This document shows, piece after piece, positions 60,415-64,000 of a DNA stretch of 64,000 nt (within the stretch, counting starts at the first letter, position 1; every line of letters begins with the position of its first letter). Made by a program: the position numbers and the translations under genes. The DNA comes from Gemmatimonadales bacterium (GTDB lineage: Bacteria; Gemmatimonadota; Gemmatimonadetes; Gemmatimonadales; GWC2-71-9): contig DATDFC010000119.1 of NCBI GenBank assembly GCA_036522815.1, positions 2,462 through 66,461 of the forward strand. The letters run 5' to 3'. The notes below the pieces were generated by a model that worked only from the letters and a program-made list of their open reading frames with translations, was not told where the DNA came from and ran no database searches.

Positions 60415-62331
60415 ATGCTGACGCCCCAGCAGGTCGCCGTCGGTCCACCTCCGCTGCCCGGCGGCGTCGCCGCCGTGCTGCGCTTTTTTTTCAACCTGCC
60501 CCAATGGTTCCAGATCGCCGGATTCATCGTCGGCGTCATCGTCGCGGCGATCGTGCTCGTGCTGCTGTGGCGGCGGCGACCTGCGATCATCGCGTGGATC
60601 GTGTCCCGCCCGCGCGGTCTGAAGATCGGCCTGGCGGCGGGCGCCGCGGCCGTGGTGGTCGGGTTCGCCGCCTTCGGCGTCGTCGGCTGGGACTACATGC
60701 AGCACAACAACGGATTCTGCACCGGCTGCCACGTGATGAAGCTGCCGTTCCAGCGATTCGTGGGCTCGAAGCACGATTCGCTGTCGTGCCATTCCTGCCA
60801 CCAGCAAGGGATGTACGCCAACGTTCGGCAGCTCTACCTCTGGGTGGCCGAACGGCCCCAGAGCATCGGGAAGCACGCGAAGGTGCCGACTCGCATCTGC
60901 GCGAACTGTCACGTGCGGGGCGACGCGAAAGAGACGTGGCAGCGCATCGCGTCTACCGCGGGTCACCGCACGCACCTGGAGTCCGATTCGAGCGCTCTGA
61001 AGAACGTGCAGTGCGTGACATGCCACGGGCTGGAGGTGCACCGCTTCGTGCCGGTGGACTCGACCTGCGCGCAATCCGGATGTCACGTGAACGTGCGCAT
61101 CACGCTCGCCAAGATGAGCAGCCAGACGGACGCGCACTGCACGACCTGCCACCGGTTTACGGCCGAGGTCCCGGCGCTGGCCACACGCGACTCGGCGCGC
61201 GGCACGCTCGTACCGCAGTTCAAGCAGTGCTTCTCGTGCCACCAGATGCAGGTCATCCTGGCGGACTTCGACCCGGCGCGCGACCCGCACCGCGGGACGT
61301 GCGGGTTCTGTCACAACCCGCACGTCCAGAAGCAGCCCGCCGAGGCGGCGCAGACGTGTGCCACGGCCAAGTGCCACGCCGATTGGCGCGACGCGTTCCA
61401 CGCGGGCAAGAACCACGCGGCCGTCGCCCAAAACTGCATCCTGTGCCACGAGCCCCATCACGCGAAGGTGGACGCGAGCGACTGCGCCGGGTGCCACGCG
61501 GCGGTGAAGCAGCGCCGCGCCGGCAAGCGGCTCAATCCCCCGCTGCCGTTCGACACGACCAAGGCCCTGCAACGGGTCTCCATGGACCCCGGGCTTGCGC
61601 CCGGGGTCAGTCATGCTCCCTGGAAACGCAAGGGAGACGGGCCTTTTTTTGACGACCCGCCGCCGGAGGGCGCCCCCGCCCCCCCGCGCGGCGGTGACGG
61701 CGCCGCCACCGACACGTTTCCCCACGCACGCCACAAGGCGCTTTCCTGCATCACCTGTCACACGTCCCGGAGCCAGCGCAGCCGGCTCACGTTTCAACCT
61801 CCGCGCGGCTGCCAGATCTGTCATCATCAGGCGCCCAAGACGAGCGACTGCAACGCCTGTCACCGCCCGGCCCAGCTTCTGGCTCCGGAATCGGTCACCG
61901 TGCAGGTGACCGTAACGGGCCGGCCACGCCGGGACCACGCGGCGCGATTCGATCACCTCAAGCACCGCGCACTGAAGTGCGTAGCCTGTCATACGACGCC
62001 CGTCACACTGGATCCCGATCCCAAGACCGTCACGTGCGCCGCCTGTCATGACGACCACCATGCGCGCGGTCGCCGTTGCCCGGCGTGCCACAACGGCGAT
62101 GCCCCTGAGGTCCGCGCCGCGCACGCGCCACCGGTCGAGTCGCACGTCGGGTGCGATGCCTGCCACGCGACGACGCTCGTCGCTGGGCTCGTACCGGACC
62201 GGACCCTGTGCGTGTCGTGCCATGCGAAGCAGGCGGATCATTATCAGGGGCGGGAGTGCACGGTGTGTCACTTCGGCGCGACGCCGGAGGCGCTGCGACC
62301 GCGACTCCTGAAGCCGGCGGCACCCTCGTGA
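60415..62331 (+). CDS. membrane-anchored multihaem cytochrome c (about 20 haem motifs; NapC/NirT-like N-terminal module)
   Basis: Two N-terminal TM helices, 18 CxxCH motifs plus 2 Cx4CH (CAQSGCH, CATAKCH). GAGGGGA RBS. Confidence 0.85.
   Translation: MLTPQQVAVGPPPLPGGVAAVLRFFFNLPQWFQIAGFIVGVIVAAIVLVLLWRRRPAIIAWIVSRPRGLKIGLAAGAAAVVVGFAAFGVVGWDYMQHNNGFCTGCHVMKLPFQRFVGSKHDSLSCHSCHQQGMYANVRQLYLWVAERPQSIGKHAKVPTRICANCHVRGDAKETWQRIASTAGHRTHLESDSSALKNVQCVTCHGLEVHRFVPVDSTCAQSGCHVNVRITLAKMSSQTDAHCTTCHRFTAEVPALATRDSARGTLVPQFKQCFSCHQMQVILADFDPARDPHRGTCGFCHNPHVQKQPAEAAQTCATAKCHADWRDAFHAGKNHAAVAQNCILCHEPHHAKVDASDCAGCHAAVKQRRAGKRLNPPLPFDTTKALQRVSMDPGLAPGVSHAPWKRKGDGPFFDDPPPEGAPAPPRGGDGAATDTFPHARHKALSCITCHTSRSQRSRLTFQPPRGCQICHHQAPKTSDCNACHRPAQLLAPESVTVQVTVTGRPRRDHAARFDHLKHRALKCVACHTTPVTLDPDPKTVTCAACHDDHHARGRRCPACHNGDAPEVRAAHAPPVESHVGCDACHATTLVAGLVPDRTLCVSCHAKQADHYQGRECTVCHFGATPEALRPRLLKPAAPS
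61586..61612. repeat. 27-nt GC hairpin element, copy B (identical to 26377-26403), inside the 20-haem cytochrome gene
   Basis: ACCCCGGGCTTGCGCCCGGGGTCAGTC. It is followed by a second hairpin CTCCCT...AGGGAG (61616-61636) and a T7 run (61644-61650). Confidence 0.8.
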
Positions 62332-63800
62332 AGTCCCTGACGGCCGGCCTCCTGCTGGCCATGACGACGCCGCCGTCCCTCGGCGCGCAGGGCTATCGGC
62401 TGCGCGTGGACAGTCGCGTACAGGCGGTCGCATACCGCGGTGTCACGCTCGACAGCGTCGCCGTAGGCGACTCCGTGACCGCCGCTGGATACGCGTTGCA
62501 ATGCACGTCCAGCGGATTCTGCACGTTCTACCGGCCCGGCCCCGTCGTCCACGCCGCCCCTGTCACCACGACGGCCGATGTCACGCTGTGGGGCCTGGGA
62601 GTCGCGGGTCTGAGCGTGCGGGCGATCGGCCGCACGGTCGGCGACCTATCGGGCGGAGACAACTGGCCGGGGACGACGCCGCACGTGCAGTTGCTGGAGG
62701 GCTACGCCCAGTACGCCGTCGAGCACTGGACGGCTCAGGTCGGGCGTCAGACCATGGCGACGCGGTTCGGGTTGACGGGATTCGACGGCGGCCGGCTGAC
62801 GCTACGCGATGCCGGGCGCGGCCTGGAGCTCACGGGGTACGCAGGGTGGGGGCTGTGGCGGGGCTCGACCCTCCCGGTCACGAGCCCGGCATTGAACCCG
62901 CTGGACGAATTCCGACCGCCCGAGCGTACGATCGTCGCGGGCGCCGGCACGGCGTGGACTTCGGCCCGCGTCGACGCTCGTCTCTCGTATGAGCGGGAAG
63001 TGGACCCCAGCGTGGATTACTTCGTGTCGGAACGGGCCGGGCTCGATCTGGTGACGCGGCTCTACGTCGGCGTCACGCTCACCGGCGGAGCCGACTACGA
63101 CCTCGCGCAGGGATGGTGGGGCAATGCGGCCGCGACGCTCGGCTACACCGCGCCTGGTGGCCGCGTCAGCGCCACTGCCGGCGTGCGGCGCTACCGCCCC
63201 CACTTCGACCTGTGGACGATCTGGGGCGCGTTCAGTCCCGTGCCTTACACCGCTGTGAACGCGTCGTTCGTCGTGAAGGCGCTGCCGCAGCTCGAGCTGC
63301 GCGCGGCAGGTGAGCACTATCGCTTCGCGAACAGCGCGACCGCGACGCCGCTCGTGAGCGTCGAGCCTTCCGGCTGGCGGTTCTCGTGGAGCACGAGCTA
63401 TAGCCCGAGGACCGCATGGGTGCTGGAGGGCGGCTATCGCGCGGAGTTCGGACCGGGCGCCTCGTCGCGCGGATTCGAGGGCGGTGTCACGTACGCGAGC
63501 GGCCGCCGCCTGTCGCTCACGGCGCACGCGGCCACGCTCGATCGGCCGCTCGAGTTTCGCTACGACGCCGCGTCGCTCGATCTTATCGGGATCGCCGCCG
63601 ATTACCTGCCCGCGTCACGCCTGCGTTTTCAGCTCGACGCGAGTCGCTATGCCGAAGATCGCAACCGGCCCGATCCCGGCGCCTTCAGCTGGGACCAGGT
63701 GCGGGTCTCCGCGCGGATGATTCTCCTGTTCGGAAGCAGCGCGGACGCGGGCTCACTCCCGCCGGCGGTGCGGGCAATGCCCGAGCGAGGCTCGCCGTGA
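62328..63800 (+). CDS. predicted outer-membrane beta-barrel (porin-like) protein of the cytochrome cluster
   Basis: The GTG overlaps the upstream stop (GTGA). Signal peptide ending SLGAQG. 490 aa of alternating Gly/aromatic strand-like segments (YRGV, WGLG, YAGWG, LSYE, ...). Confidence 0.55.
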   Translation: MKSLTAGLLLAMTTPPSLGAQGYRLRVDSRVQAVAYRGVTLDSVAVGDSVTAAGYALQCTSSGFCTFYRPGPVVHAAPVTTTADVTLWGLGVAGLSVRAIGRTVGDLSGGDNWPGTTPHVQLLEGYAQYAVEHWTAQVGRQTMATRFGLTGFDGGRLTLRDAGRGLELTGYAGWGLWRGSTLPVTSPALNPLDEFRPPERTIVAGAGTAWTSARVDARLSYEREVDPSVDYFVSERAGLDLVTRLYVGVTLTGGADYDLAQGWWGNAAATLGYTAPGGRVSATAGVRRYRPHFDLWTIWGAFSPVPYTAVNASFVVKALPQLELRAAGEHYRFANSATATPLVSVEPSGWRFSWSTSYSPRTAWVLEGGYRAEFGPGASSRGFEGGVTYASGRRLSLTAHAATLDRPLEFRYDAASLDLIGIAADYLPASRLRFQLDASRYAEDRNRPDPGAFSWDQVRVSARMILLFGSSADAGSLPPAVRAMPERGSP

Positions 63801-64000
63801 GGGACCGACTCGCCATCCTCGTGACGCTGGCCGTCGTGGCAGGGCCGCGGTCGCTTGTGGGCCAGGCAGCAGCGAACTTCGACCACGCCAAACACGGCAA
63901 GCTGTTCGCGAGCTGCACGGCGTGCCACCTCGGCGCCGTCGAGCGCGACGCCCCGATCTGGCCCGACGCGGCCTCGTGCGCGTCGTGTCACGATGGCACG
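63797..64000 (+). CDS. c-type cytochrome (c7/c3-like), N-terminal part only, since the window ends
   Basis: The GTG overlaps the upstream stop (GTGA). My translation is VRDRLAILVTLAVVAGPRSLVGQAAANFDHAKHGKLFASCTACH...CASCHDGT, which shows a signal peptide and two CxxCH motifs. Confidence 0.6.
   Translation, partial: MRDRLAILVTLAVVAGPRSLVGQAAANFDHAKHGKLFASCTACHLGAVERDAPIWPDAASCASCHDGT

Noticed and set aside
60460-60491. Hairpin GGCGGC-gtc-GCCGCC followed by a T8 run, as a terminator after the 8-haem cytochrome gene
   Set aside because: It lies 45-77 nt inside the best-supported ORF (ATG 60415 with GAGGGGA RBS). Nine nt separate the stem from the T run, and the stem is only 6 bp. It may merely encode LRFFFNL. 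I kept it as a caveat on the exact start (alternative GTG at 60475).
59317-62433. 1038-aa ORF on the minus strand spanning two cytochrome genes
   Set aside because: It is a shadow ORF. It crosses the intergenic region of the plus-strand genes and is extremely Arg-rich. The plus strand encodes about 28 regularly spaced CxxCH motifs, which cannot be accidental.

Overview
High-GC bacterial chromosomal fragment. Spot counts of 60-nt lines give about 73-78 % GC in core genes. Gene content (Oar-like and SusC/SusD-type TonB receptors, many lipoproteins, a ba3 oxidase) suggests a Gemmatimonadota-like organism, but that is inference only. I support about 65 CDS and one tRNA-Cys(GCA). I found no rRNA, CRISPR array, transposase or integrase. 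All family names come from motif reading, because no search tools were available. Main blocks: (1) 0.4-7.4 kb is a lower-GC (about 55-58 %) accessory stretch. It holds a vWA/PP2C/kinase 'TerY-P triad', the tRNA-Cys, and an uncharacterised module of a stand-alone JetD-C-like Toprim protein, a small coupled ORF and an 811-aa PD-(D/E)xK protein. (2) TonB-receptor/lipoprotein operons and a LytS/LytTR system. (3) A small carrier-protein biosynthetic cassette (carbamoyltransferase, LLM oxidoreductase, stand-alone adenylation enzyme, two ACPs, GNAT). (4) glnK-amt, MarR-DoxX and SulP. (5) A stress/respiration block with NirK-like, radical SAM/SPASM, MbfA-like, CBS, Usp and GAF-kinase genes. This is followed by an overlap-coupled response regulator, kinase, globin and ba3 oxidase operon, and a TPCP-motif (P1B-5) ATPase. 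(6) A copper block with a CPH-motif CopB. (7) A multihaem cytochrome plus beta-barrel cluster resembling a porin-cytochrome electron conduit. The two candidates I would follow up first are the tRNA-adjacent Toprim/nuclease module and the multihaem/beta-barrel cluster. Recurring small DNA elements are also reported: a 27-nt identical hairpin at two loci, CTTCA/TGAAG arrays, and perfect palindromes.
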